64,000 nt of DNA from Candidatus Obscuribacterales bacterium. Its GTDB lineage: Bacteria; Cyanobacteriota; Vampirovibrionia; Obscuribacterales; Obscuribacteraceae. This document shows positions 31,213 to 41,321 of this stretch, piece after piece. Where the stretch lies: assembly GCA_965228855.1 (NCBI GenBank), contig CBDDIJ010000002.1, forward strand, positions 192,001 through 256,000, written 5' to 3'. Made by a program: the position numbers and the translations under genes. Numbering within the stretch: the stretch's first letter is position 1; every line of letters begins with the position of its first letter. A model generated the notes under the pieces. That model searched no databases. It was not told where the DNA came from and saw only the letters and a list, made by a program, of their open reading frames with translations.

Positions 31213-31869
31213 TTACGCCCTCGCCGGCAGACCGAGCTTGGCGCGAATCTGATCGGTCGTCAGACGCGGGCGCGAGTTGTCCGTGGAGAGCGCCGTGCGC
31301 ACGAGCGTACGCTTGGTGATGCGCACGACCTCGACGATGTGCCCGGTGCGCCCCTGGCGGATGAGGTTGGCGGGAAGCTGCTCGCCGTACCGGTTGCGGT
31401 CACGGTTACGGCGGCGGCGGGGCTTGGACGAGCCGTCCTCGGCGTGAATGTCACGCTTGCGGGACTCGTGCGTGCTCGTCACCGGCTTCGCCCTGAAGGC
31501 GAGGCGGGAGGAGCGCTCGCGCGAATACTCCTCGAGCCCATCGACGATCGCCTGCTCCGCGGCGCGCTTCTCGTTGCGCGCGCGGATGCGGTACTCGATG
31601 TCGTTCTCGCCGCGCAGAGCCTCGCGCCGCTTGCGGTTGCCAGCGTCGCCGCCGAAGCGCCCGTGCACGCGACGGAAGAGCACCGTCTCGAAGCCGAGGA
31701 AGCTCGTGATGCGACCGCACGCCTGGAAGCGGTTCGGGTTGACGGTGTCGAGCGAGATCACGTCCATCGAGGACTCCTTGTTGTCGTTGTCGAAGAACAG
31801 CGCGGCGAGGACACCGTCATCCATCGAACGGATGGCGGCGGCAGTCAGCGCGAGGGAGCGATTGGTCAT
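31213..31869 (-). CDS. Arg-rich hypothetical protein (paralog of the adjacent gene)
   Basis: GGAGG RBS; shares FRRVHGRFGGDxGNRKRR...RNEKRA with 32015-32611. Confidence 0.8.
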   Translation of the reverse strand: MTNRSLALTAAAIRSMDDGVLAALFFDNDNKESSMDVISLDTVNPNRFQACGRITSFLGFETVLFRRVHGRFGGDAGNRKRREALRGENDIEYRIRARNEKRAAEQAIVDGLEEYSRERSSRLAFRAKPVTSTHESRKRDIHAEDGSSKPRRRRNRDRNRYGEQLPANLIRQGRTGHIVEVVRITKRTLVRTALSTDNSRPRLTTDQIRAKLGLPARA

Positions 31870-32014
31870 TCAGAAACCTCCAAAAGGAGTTGATGAAAAC
31901 ACTTCTGTCGACCGCAGTCGAGCAGAAGCAGCGAGTTGCCATTCGAAGAGACGCCACCAGATTTGGTGGCGTCTCTTTAGTGTCGACCGAGGTCGACTTA
32001 GTCAGCTCGTCCGA

Positions 32015-32611
32015 TTACTCGGCGAGCGCGCGCTTCGGCAGCCGGAGCGTGCCGCGCACGTGGTCGACCGAGACGGTCGGGCGGGTGACCACGCCGGCGA
32101 GAGCCGCCTTGGTGATGCTGCGCCGCTTGACGCGGATCACCTCGACGACGTGCCCGGTGCGGCTGGCGCGGACCATGTTGTCCGGCAGCTTCTCGTCGGC
32201 GCGCGACTCGTGCGTGCTCGACCGGGGCTTGGCGGCGGCGCGGCTGAGGCGGTACTCCTCGACCCCGTCGACGATGGCGTGCAGACCGGCGCGCTTCTCG
32301 TTGCGCGTGCGGATGCGGTGCTCGACGTCGTTGTCGAACCGCTCGTAGACGCGGCGCTTGCGGTTGCCGGTGTCACCACCGAAACGCCCGTGCACGCGCC
32401 GGAAGCCGCTGCCGCGACCGTTGGCGAAGAAGCGGTCGTTGTGGTTGAACATCTCGGCGCCCTCCATCGCGTCGACCAGGTCCGCGAAGACCGGCTCGTA
32501 GTCGACCTCGTCGGAGTCCAGCAGGTGCGAGGGCATCGTGCCGGGGATGAAGTTGACGCCGGTGGCGAAGACGGAGGTCGAGGCGAGGGAAGCGATGTTC
32601 TTGTAGGTCAT
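32015..32611 (-). CDS. Arg-rich hypothetical protein (paralog of the adjacent gene)
   Basis: GGAG RBS before ATG 32611; conserved blocks shared with 31213-31869. Confidence 0.8.
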   Translation of the reverse strand: MTYKNIASLASTSVFATGVNFIPGTMPSHLLDSDEVDYEPVFADLVDAMEGAEMFNHNDRFFANGRGSGFRRVHGRFGGDTGNRKRRVYERFDNDVEHRIRTRNEKRAGLHAIVDGVEEYRLSRAAAKPRSSTHESRADEKLPDNMVRASRTGHVVEVIRVKRRSITKAALAGVVTRPTVSVDHVRGTLRLPKRALAE

Positions 32612-33118
32612 TGGCAATCTCCAATTGCTCGATTAGTCGATACGTTTCCGCCGCAAGCGAAAACGCACATAACAGAGTCAGCGCCGAAAGGACAAAGCGC
32701 TGAGCGACATCGTTGACGGCGGCGATAGCCATCGGCAAGACGTCTGACACATGACACCGAAAGTGGTGGCAAGTGAGGGTTGGATGAGGAGAAGAGTTTA
32801 CTGGGTCTTGGGTTTTCCTTCTTCAAAGTTGAAAGATAGATAGCTACTCGAAGCTAACGGTTACTAATAAGACGGAGCAAATAGTTAAAAGCTTAAGGTT
32901 TCAGAGATTTAGAAGAGAGTTAAAACTGTTGATATTGCTAGAAACCCAAACAGACTGACATCGCCATCGATTAACGGACCACCTTTCGGACCACACGCTT
33001 CAAAAACGGTGTCGCTTGGATCATGCGTATATTCACGTATTCGGAAACATCGAATACGATTAGCGCAGTTTAACAAACGGCCCATTTTAGCGAGAAGAGC
33101 ACGTCTAAGAGAACGAAG

Positions 33119-33172
33119 CTGTCTATGAGAGAATGCCGAATTTTCAGGAATCCGTCATAGTGGCGTAGCCAA
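33119..33172. repeat. 54-bp dispersed element, copy 12
   Basis: GTCTA-tgagaga-ATGCC-N16-GTCAT-agtggcg-TAGCC. Confidence 0.85.
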
Positions 33173-33707
33173 GGAGAGTCGCCGGGAAGAACGTAGGCCC
33201 ATGAGGCTCTCCCCAACAAGGCTTTCGGGCCGGAACTCTACGAAAGAATATAGTAGCAAGATTCGTCAGGACGCTAGCTTCGCTAGCTGAGAGATCGTTC
33301 AGTTTGAGCTTTATATACCAAGAACTCATAAATCCGTTTCGGCTCTAAACCTTGAATCTAAAAGCTCCGCAGCTATGGAGCGTTTGAACCTGAGTCTTAG
33401 AGCCTGTTCACGCTTAGGTACATATCATTTACCGCGCCTGAAATTGATCACTTGGAAACAGTAGCTTTCGGTGTTCACTTTTCTGTTTCCGTTTTCTGAC
33501 CGTCTGATTTGACCTAACCCGCCCAGTTCGAGCCGCGTTCGTTCGCACACCATCGGTGTAGCGAGCTATGTGCCGCCTCGTCATCCAACGGCGAACAGTC
33601 TCGAACGGTTTGTAACTCGAAGTCGGCTGTTTAGCGACTTCGAACTTCAACGCTCGTATGCCGACGCGCAATGCGCCGGCTGTGTAGCTCTATCTTCAGG
33701 AGACACC

Positions 33708-34478
33708 ATGAAGAAACTCAAAATCGGTGTGTATGGAGGCAAGTTCGACCCCATTCACATCGGTCACCTGATTTGCGCGGAATGGACTCGCGAGCGCTTC
33801 GAGCTCGACAAGGTCCTCTTCGTCACCAGCGCCAACCCGCCCCACAAGAAGACCGGCGTGTTGGACGCGAACTTCCGGCATGAGATGGTCAAGGCGGCCG
33901 TCGCACCGAACTGCTACTTCGAGGCTTGCGACATCGAGCTCAAACGCACCGGCGCCTCGTACACGGTCGACACCATCAAGGAGCTCGCGCTTCGCTACGG
34001 CGGGGATGCCGAGCTGTTCCTGATGATCAGCGCCGAGTATCTCGAGCCCCAGAATCCGTGGCGGATCGACAAGTGGCATGGCGCCGAGGAAATCTTCAAG
34101 ATCGCCACCATCCTCGTCTTCCCGCGCGACGTCAACGGACTCGCCCAGATCGAGGAGTGGAAGAAGGCCATCCCACAGGCTCGGATCGAAGCGCTGATGG
34201 CGCCCAGTCCGCCCGTCTCCAGCTCGCTCATCCGCGAACGCCTCTCCAAGGGTCTGTCGGTCTGGTACATGGTGACCGCCGAAGTCTGGCGCATCATCCG
34301 CGATCGCAAGCACTACATGGACCCGGCCGTTCCCGCTCAACGCGTGAGCTGCAAGGTCTACGTCGACCCGGCGCCGGCTGCGCAAGCCGACAGCGGAAAA
34401 CGTTTTTCGTGGCGCAAACCGAGCACCTGGTGGGGCGCATTCTTGCGCGCCGCTGAAAACTACCAGGGCGGTTTCTAG
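33708..34478 (+). CDS. nadD: nicotinate-nucleotide adenylyltransferase
   Basis: GGKFDPIHIGH, NPPHK, SYTVDT, VSSSLIR; CAGGAG RBS. Confidence 0.92.
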   Translation: MKKLKIGVYGGKFDPIHIGHLICAEWTRERFELDKVLFVTSANPPHKKTGVLDANFRHEMVKAAVAPNCYFEACDIELKRTGASYTVDTIKELALRYGGDAELFLMISAEYLEPQNPWRIDKWHGAEEIFKIATILVFPRDVNGLAQIEEWKKAIPQARIEALMAPSPPVSSSLIRERLSKGLSVWYMVTAEVWRIIRDRKHYMDPAVPAQRVSCKVYVDPAPAAQADSGKRFSWRKPSTWWGAFLRAAENYQGGF

Positions 34479-34610
34479 CCGTAAAAGCTTGAAGTTTGAA
34501 ACAGCATCGACGCGCCACCGTCTGCGGTGCACGCTGATGCGCACGTTCTCAGGATCTTTTCCACAACCTTCCGGCGACGCAGACCTTCGCCGGTTAACGG
34601 AGAACTAAAC

Positions 34611-36134
34611 ATGCAGCTGTTAGACAGACTCGACCTCTGGTCTCGCAAACGCCGCCTCCAGAAGAAGCGTGAGGCGATGATTCGCGAGTACTACGCCAAG
34701 ATGTTCATTCTCGGTGGTATGGTGACATCCACCGACACGTACAAGCGCACCATGGGCGCGGCTTTCCGGAGCTTCGCCCTGGACTACTCCGCCTACCACC
34801 TCACCTTCCGCCGCGGCTTGTCCGAGGCCGGCGCCGGCGACCAGCTCATCATGGCCGGTCACGAGGACATGCTCAACCAGTGGTTCAACCGCCCGCTGGT
34901 CAAGCAGGACATCCGCATCGCTCAGGACTGGGCTGACTGGGACGCCAATGTCAAAGCGTTCCCGCACGAGATGTGGGAGCGCGAGATCAGCAAGGCGCCC
35001 GGTCTGAGCCCGGTGTTCTATCTGGACGTCGACGTCTGGGGTTTCCCGGGCGGTCAGTCGTTCCTGAAGAACGTCCCCGCCCTGAGCTTCGAAGGAGTCG
35101 GCGGCGTGATCTCGTTCCTGGAGCCGGCGATGTGCCGCTACTTCGCGCCGGTGATCCAGGCGACCAAGGCTCGCTTGATGAGCCAGGTCACGGAAGCCGA
35201 AGCCGAGTTCGGACTGCGCGCCGCGGTCAACGAACTCGCCAACATTGCCCTGCTGCGCGCCCGCTTCGTCGGCTCGGGCGGCAAGGGTCAGCTCACCTCC
35301 AATGACACGGCGGTGTTCATGTTCCCTGAGCTCTTCAGGGACATCGGCACCATCGGTCACGAGGGCATGAGCTCCAACCAGTCGCTCAAGCGCTCGCTCG
35401 CCGAATGCGAGCTCGAGATGATGAATCTCGCGCTCGACCACGTGCCGGATTCGAAACTGCTGTGCGACCTGGTCGACGCCGAGACCATCGGCTTGATCAA
35501 TGCCATCAAGGCGCTCAAGGCCCATCCGGATGCCACCAAGGCCGGTATCAGGGTCGACTCGGGCGACATCGCCGCGCAGTGCGTCGACTATCGCTTCGCC
35601 ATGCGCGAAGCCCAGATCGCGCCCGACCGCGTGATCGTCTACGAGGACGAGGTCTCGCCCGAAACCATCGTCAAGGTCCGCAACCACTACGTCGCGAAGA
35701 CCGGCGAGGAGCCCACGCTCCTCTTCCCCGGCGCCGGCGGCTACTGGTGGAAGGCTGTGCTCCGTGACACCGTCTCGGCTGCGTTCAAGCGCAGCTGGAC
35801 GAAAGACCAGCCCAACATCAAGTTCTCGAACTCCGAGGGCAAGGAGAGCATCCCGGGCATCATCCGCGTCTACGGTCGCGGCGACACGATGTACGTGGCG
35901 CACGTCACCGACAAGGTCGATGGCGAGCCGCTCTACAAGAAGCTGGTCAGCAAGGGACGGATCGTCTACCGCGAGACCCCGCAAGTGCAAGCCGCTCGCG
36001 CCAACGCGACCTGGGGCAAGTACAGCAGGGTCGAGTTCTCGCCGACCATCCAGGGCTACATCAGCACGTATCGCGAGAAGCGCGCCGCGGAGCGTGCTGC
36101 TGCGCGAGCCGCACTCGAAAGCGGTCGTCCGTAA
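34611..36134 (+). CDS. pncB: nicotinate phosphoribosyltransferase-like protein (divergent)
   Basis: TDTYKRTM, EFGLR, TSN, GTIGH, GIRVDSGD; position in NAD cluster. Confidence 0.75.
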   Translation: MQLLDRLDLWSRKRRLQKKREAMIREYYAKMFILGGMVTSTDTYKRTMGAAFRSFALDYSAYHLTFRRGLSEAGAGDQLIMAGHEDMLNQWFNRPLVKQDIRIAQDWADWDANVKAFPHEMWEREISKAPGLSPVFYLDVDVWGFPGGQSFLKNVPALSFEGVGGVISFLEPAMCRYFAPVIQATKARLMSQVTEAEAEFGLRAAVNELANIALLRARFVGSGGKGQLTSNDTAVFMFPELFRDIGTIGHEGMSSNQSLKRSLAECELEMMNLALDHVPDSKLLCDLVDAETIGLINAIKALKAHPDATKAGIRVDSGDIAAQCVDYRFAMREAQIAPDRVIVYEDEVSPETIVKVRNHYVAKTGEEPTLLFPGAGGYWWKAVLRDTVSAAFKRSWTKDQPNIKFSNSEGKESIPGIIRVYGRGDTMYVAHVTDKVDGEPLYKKLVSKGRIVYRETPQVQAARANATWGKYSRVEFSPTIQGYISTYREKRAAERAAARAALESGRP

Positions 36135-36292
36135 TTTTCGAGCAGCACCGTATATGACACCAGAAGCGAAGCGGCGACAGCCGGTTTCAGATCGAAACAG
36201 CGCGAGCGGTTTCGTTCCAGAACCTGGCTGTTAGCCGATTCGTGATGGTTCCGGTGACTGTTTCAATCACCCTCCTACAGGAGATTTCGAAT

Positions 36293-37414
36293 ATGAACCT
36301 CGGAAAACCGATTTTGTTTGCGACGCGCGAGTACGAGTATCTGAAGGCTCAGATGCTCAAGTCGCGGCGTTTCCTCGATGGACAGCTGGCGCGTTCGGTG
36401 GCGAAAGACGGCTCGTCGGCACTCGCTCACGTGCCTTTCGCCGACGGTGAAGATTATCATCGCCGGCTCACCGACGTCGTCGACCGCGAGGTGATCGTCG
36501 TCGGTGGCACCACCAACAACGACTCCACCATGGAGTTGCTGGACATCGGCACGGCGCTCGTCATGGAAGGCGCAGCGCGGCTCAAGCTGGTCGTCCCGTA
36601 CTTCGGTTACTCGACGATGGAGCGAGCGATCCTGCCGGGCGAATTCGTCAAGGCCAAGATCCGCGCGATGCAGATTTCCGGCATCCCGCGCGGCGCCATG
36701 GCGAACTGGGTCTACCTCTTCGACCTGCACTCGGAAGGCATCCCGCACTACTTCGAGAACGGCGTGATCACGCGTCACATCTACGGCAAGTCGCTCGTCA
36801 TCGATGCGGTCAAGAACGCCGCCATCGCCTGGCAGAAGGACAACGGTCTCGAACTTCACGGCTCGACCTGTGACGGCGATGCGACCAAGCTGCGCGTCAC
36901 GACGCTCGACTGCCACGCCCCCAACGTCGATGACGTCCTCAAGGGCGGCAAGGTCTTCGGGCTGGCCGACTTCACGGTCGCCTCGACCGACGCCGGGCGC
37001 GCCAAGTGGGTCGAGTCGCTCTGCCGCGACATGATCAAGCTCAGGCTGCCCGTGCACCCGGCCTTCATCATCAAGCGCCGCATCTCGGGCACGGACACGG
37101 TCGTCGCCGACATCTCCGCCGACGTACAGGGCAAACTCGTCGTCATCTACGACGACATGATTCGCACCGGCGGCTCGGCGATCTCGGCTGCCAAAGCCTA
37201 TCTCGCTCGCGGCGCCGTCGCCGTGATTCTGATCGCCACGCACGGCGTTCTGCCCGGCGAGTCGAAGAAGAAGCTCAAGGACAGCGGCGTTTTCGAGAGG
37301 GTGATCGTCACCGACTCGCACCCCAACGCCGTCGCCCTGGCGGATGATTTCCTCACCGTCATCCCGACCGGTTCTTTGCTGGTCGATCACGTCCTCGGTC
37401 CGAAGAAGCGCTGA
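36293..37414 (+). CDS. prs: ribose-phosphate pyrophosphokinase-like protein, copy 1
   Basis: FADGE, PYFGYS, DLH, IIKRR, YDDMIRTGGS, ATHG. Confidence 0.85.
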   Translation: MNLGKPILFATREYEYLKAQMLKSRRFLDGQLARSVAKDGSSALAHVPFADGEDYHRRLTDVVDREVIVVGGTTNNDSTMELLDIGTALVMEGAARLKLVVPYFGYSTMERAILPGEFVKAKIRAMQISGIPRGAMANWVYLFDLHSEGIPHYFENGVITRHIYGKSLVIDAVKNAAIAWQKDNGLELHGSTCDGDATKLRVTTLDCHAPNVDDVLKGGKVFGLADFTVASTDAGRAKWVESLCRDMIKLRLPVHPAFIIKRRISGTDTVVADISADVQGKLVVIYDDMIRTGGSAISAAKAYLARGAVAVILIATHGVLPGESKKKLKDSGVFERVIVTDSHPNAVALADDFLTVIPTGSLLVDHVLGPKKR

Positions 37415-37552
37415 GAGCGCGCTTTTTCCGGACAGAATCGCTGCAGGCGGTTTCGGTTTAAACCGCTCATACGCGACTGCAGATACCGCGCCATTCGCGT
37501 GGAACCTGCAGAGGACCTGTCTCTTAACCAGATAAAGATAAGGAGAAATTCC

Positions 37553-40414
37553 ATGACCCAACGTACCAAACGAAGTAAGTTCGGCTTGGTGCGCATCGCT
37601 CTGGGCAGCCACGCGGTCGAAGTCACCAACTGTGACAAGAACGCGGACCACATCATCAGCATGATGCAGCGCGCCGCCGGCGTGAACGCCAACTTCCTGG
37701 TTCTCAACGAACTGGGCGTGACGGCGTACACCTGTGCCAACCACTTCCGCTCGGAAGTGCTGCGCGAAGGCGCCCTCAAGGCGATCGACAAAGTTCGACT
37801 TGCTTCCAAGAAAGTGTTCAAGGGCGTGACGCTGATCGGCGCGCCCATCGAACTCGACGGCGAGCTCTACAACTGCGCCGTCGTGATTCAGAACGGTCGC
37901 ATCCTCGGCGTGGTGCCGAAGACGTACCTGCCCAACACGGGCGAATTCCACGAGAAGCTCTGGTTCAGCCGCGGTGATGTTCTGCGTCGACGCACGGTGA
38001 AACTGTGCGGTCTCGACGTTCCCATCGGCGTCGACCTGCTGTTCGAAGCAGACGACTTCCCGGGCCTCGTGTTCGGCGTCGAAGTCTGCGAGGACGGCTG
38101 GGCGGTCATCCCGCCGCACCGGCTCCAGGCACTCGGCGGCGCGACCGTGCTCTTCAACCTGTCGGCGAGCAACGAACTCGTCGCCAAGGACGAGTATCGG
38201 CGCAGCATGATCCAGGCGCACTCGGCTCAGGCTCAGGCGATCTACGCTTACGCCTCTGCCGGCGAAGGCGAGTCGACCACCGACATCGTCTATGGCGGTC
38301 AGCTGCTGCTCGGCGAACTGGGCGGCATCCAGACCGAAGCCGAGCCGCTCGCCGACAACGACAGCCAGCCCTTCCGCTACGCCGACGTTGACGTTCAGCA
38401 CGTCACGCACGAGCGCATGCGCGACTCGACCTTCGAAGATTGCCGGCGCGCCTTCGCGTCGATGATCGATTTCCGGCGCGTGAAGTTCTCGCTCAACGCG
38501 GGCGACTTGCCGGAGAAACTGGCGCGCAACGTCGACGCCTATCCCTTCGTCCCGCAAGACCCGGCCACGCTCAACAAGCGCTGCCGCCAGGTGATCAAGA
38601 TCCAGGTGCGTGCGCTCCGCACGCGCCTGCTGTACCTGGCGAAACTGCGCGGCGGTCTCGAGAAGATGGTCGCAGACCTGGTCGCGAGCGGCAAGCCGCT
38701 GTTTGTGGTTGGTATCAGCGGCGGTGTCGACTCGACCGAGTGCTTGCTCGTCGCGCTGAAAACGCTCGATGAGCTCGGCATCCCCAGAAGTCTGCTTCAC
38801 TGCTTCACCATGCCCGGCTTCGGCACCACCAGCCGAACCTACAACAACGCCATCAAGCTCATGCAGCTCGCCGGCGTCACGTTGAAGGAAGTCGACATCA
38901 AGGCGCGCTGCCTGCTCGCCTGGCAGACGGAACACAAGACGCCGTTCGGGATCAACCTGGACGGGCTTGCGATGGACGCGTTCATTGACAAGCTCAAGGA
39001 ACTGCCGGCCGGTTCCAACGACCTCGACTTCGAGAACGAGCAGGCGCGCCAGCGCACGCACATCCTCATGAACAACGGCTTCGTGCTCGGCACGGGCACG
39101 CTCACCGAGCTCGCCTCGGGGTGGTGCACGTACAACGCGGACCACATGAGCATGTACTCGGTCAACCCGGGTGTGGCGAAGACGCTGATCGCGTTCCTCA
39201 TCCGCTGGTACGCCGAGCACGAGACCACGGGCGAACTGCAAGCGGTTTTGAACGACATCGCCGCGACTGCCGAATCGCCCGAACTGCTGCCGGTCGGCAA
39301 GGACGGACAGCAGAACCAGAAGTCCAACGATTCGCTCGGACCGAAGGACTTGCGCGACTTCTTCCTGTACCACTGGGTGCGGTGGGGGACGCGTCCGAGC
39401 AAAATCCTGTACCTCGCCACCAACGCGAAGTTCAAGCAGGACTACGCACTGAGCGGCGTTCTCGCCACTCTGCGCCAGTTCATCTGGCGTTTCATCACGC
39501 AACGCTACAAGCACTCCTGCCAGCCCGATGGCGTGAAGCTCGGCTCCGTGAGCCTGAATCCGCGTTACGACTGCCACTATCCTTCGGATACGGCGCCGGA
39601 CGCCTACAAGGCGGAGCTCGAGGAGTATGTCGGCCAGAAGCCGGCTGAAATCAACTGGCAGGAACCGCAACCCAAAGGACCGCAAATGAAAGCAAAACCG
39701 AAGGTGCTCCGGGCACTTCTCCGCGTCGACCTGAAGGACGACTTCATGCCGTGGGGTTCGCTGCCGGTCAAGGGCGGCGATGAGATCGTCAGCGTCGCCA
39801 ATGCGCTCTCGCGCAGCGGACAATACGACCTCGTCGTCGACATCGAAGACGATCACCCGAAGAACCACAAGTCGTTCGCCTCGCAGCACAAGGGCAAGAA
39901 GCCGTTCACCGACTTCGTCACCCTGTACGGCGTCAAGCAGCAGCTGTGGACCGACCACTGCGTCAACGGCACGGACGGCGCCAAGTTCCACAAGGACCTG
40001 GACCGCTCGATGGTGTCGAAGACGATCCAGAAGGGTCAGGACGCGCGCGTCGACAGCTACTCCGGCTTCTACGACAACGGTCGCACGGCGGCGCCGCGCT
40101 TCCGCAAGAAGTACAACTTCCTCGGCCGCTCGACCGGGCTCGCCGAGTATCTGCGCGCCGAAGCGGAAGCCCGCGGCTGCGACGAGATCCAGATCGACGT
40201 CATCGGTCTGGCGCTCCGCTACTGCGTCTCCTTCACCGCCAAGGACGGTCGCGGCGAGACCTACAAGGGCAAGCAGTTCGGTGTTCGCGTGGTCGAAGAC
40301 GGCGTCCGCGCCATCATCTTCAACGACGGCGAATACGAGCAGGAGCTCGAGGACCTGCGCGCGCTCGGCATCGAGGTGATCCACAGCAGCCAGGTGCTGC
40401 CGAAGGTCGCCTGA
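37553..40414 (+). CDS. nadE: glutamine-dependent NAD synthetase fused to nicotinamidase (NadE-PncA), copy 1
   Basis: Nitrilase E-K-C (NELG, PKTYLPN, VCED), GISGGVDST, C-terminal isochorismatase domain (DDFMP, DDHP, WTDHC, KGQD, DSYSGF, YCV). Confidence 0.88.
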   Translation: MTQRTKRSKFGLVRIALGSHAVEVTNCDKNADHIISMMQRAAGVNANFLVLNELGVTAYTCANHFRSEVLREGALKAIDKVRLASKKVFKGVTLIGAPIELDGELYNCAVVIQNGRILGVVPKTYLPNTGEFHEKLWFSRGDVLRRRTVKLCGLDVPIGVDLLFEADDFPGLVFGVEVCEDGWAVIPPHRLQALGGATVLFNLSASNELVAKDEYRRSMIQAHSAQAQAIYAYASAGEGESTTDIVYGGQLLLGELGGIQTEAEPLADNDSQPFRYADVDVQHVTHERMRDSTFEDCRRAFASMIDFRRVKFSLNAGDLPEKLARNVDAYPFVPQDPATLNKRCRQVIKIQVRALRTRLLYLAKLRGGLEKMVADLVASGKPLFVVGISGGVDSTECLLVALKTLDELGIPRSLLHCFTMPGFGTTSRTYNNAIKLMQLAGVTLKEVDIKARCLLAWQTEHKTPFGINLDGLAMDAFIDKLKELPAGSNDLDFENEQARQRTHILMNNGFVLGTGTLTELASGWCTYNADHMSMYSVNPGVAKTLIAFLIRWYAEHETTGELQAVLNDIAATAESPELLPVGKDGQQNQKSNDSLGPKDLRDFFLYHWVRWGTRPSKILYLATNAKFKQDYALSGVLATLRQFIWRFITQRYKHSCQPDGVKLGSVSLNPRYDCHYPSDTAPDAYKAELEEYVGQKPAEINWQEPQPKGPQMKAKPKVLRALLRVDLKDDFMPWGSLPVKGGDEIVSVANALSRSGQYDLVVDIEDDHPKNHKSFASQHKGKKPFTDFVTLYGVKQQLWTDHCVNGTDGAKFHKDLDRSMVSKTIQKGQDARVDSYSGFYDNGRTAAPRFRKKYNFLGRSTGLAEYLRAEAEARGCDEIQIDVIGLALRYCVSFTAKDGRGETYKGKQFGVRVVEDGVRAIIFNDGEYEQELEDLRALGIEVIHSSQVLPKVA

Positions 40415-40468
40415 GCATCGCGAAACTGAATCACGGTCTCTGACCGGGGTTTAAACAAGAGATTAATG

Positions 40469-40503
40469 GGGGCGCACCGCACCGGATGTGGTGCGCCCCT
40501 TTC
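40469..40503 (+). terminator. GC-rich hairpin after the NAD cluster
   Basis: GGGGCGCACCGCA-ccgga-TGTGGTGCGCCCC followed by TTT. Confidence 0.6.
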
Positions 40504-40559
40504 TCGAACGATTGCGTTTGAGTTCTAGAGTTTTAACCACAAACAAAAACGGGATCGCA

Positions 40560-41300
40560 ATGACAAAACGTAAATGGGCATGGACAGCCACGATTGCGGC
40601 TGCCCTCATCGCTGTCGCCGGAGTATGCTGGTCGATTTTCGGCGTTCACGAAATCTCGATGTCGCAAGCCGACATCCAGACGAAGATCGACGAAAAGATG
40701 CCGGCGTCGCAGAAAGGCGTCACCATCTCCAACGCGAAGATCGATCTTTCGGGCGACAAGCTCGGACTGACGTTCAACGCGGCGACCACCAAGTTCAACA
40801 CCGAATACCGCATGAACACCGCCACGCGCGGGACTCTGCGGTACGACCACTCCAGGGGCGCCTTCTACTTCGTGCCCGAGGAATTGAAGGTTTCCGACAT
40901 CCAGGCCAATGGCGCGAGCGTCGCTGAGAAGGTCGGCGGCTTCATCGACAAATGGGTCGACTCGAAGAAGATTCAGGACAACAAGTCCGAACTGGCGGCC
41001 AAAGCCGAAGCAGTCGCCCAGGGTCTCGTCCAGAAGTCTGCGGCGGCCGTGCTCGACCACGTTCCCGTCTACAAACTCAAGGATGACTTCAAGGGCTACG
41101 TCGTCCGCGCCGTGCTGAGCGACGTGGAGATCAAGGACGGTCAGGTCATCGCTCACCTGTCCCTCTGGCAGCTGACGAAAACGGTGCTTTTCTTCGCCGT
41201 CGCATTCGTTGCCGCCATCGGATTCATGATCGCGCTGGCCGCAAACCCCGAATGGGGCATTCCGCTCATGCTGCTCGGCAGCATCGGCGACATCTCGTAA
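40560..41300 (+). CDS. membrane-anchored protein, DUF1439-like (tentative)
   Basis: N- and C-terminal hydrophobic helices; SQADIQTKIDEKMP and PVYKL recall DUF1439 proteins. Confidence 0.65.
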   Translation: MTKRKWAWTATIAAALIAVAGVCWSIFGVHEISMSQADIQTKIDEKMPASQKGVTISNAKIDLSGDKLGLTFNAATTKFNTEYRMNTATRGTLRYDHSRGAFYFVPEELKVSDIQANGASVAEKVGGFIDKWVDSKKIQDNKSELAAKAEAVAQGLVQKSAAAVLDHVPVYKLKDDFKGYVVRAVLSDVEIKDGQVIAHLSLWQLTKTVLFFAVAFVAAIGFMIALAANPEWGIPLMLLGSIGDIS

Positions 41301-41321
41301 CTCAAGTCGGAAGAGGCTTCC

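Noticed and set aside
33708..37414. Calling the cluster a phage NARP1/NARP2 pathway or a prophage
   Set aside because: No phage structural or replication genes; nadD, nadE and pncA point to deamidating salvage, so the NARP link is kept only as a hypothesis.
36275..40384. 1369-aa minus-strand ORF, and similar long antisense ORFs at 16791-18758, 22509-23699, 24603-26495, 28396-30630 and 34620-35990
   Set aside because: Shadow frames of high-GC3 genes on the opposite strand; no motifs, and the sense genes have clear family signatures or RBSs.
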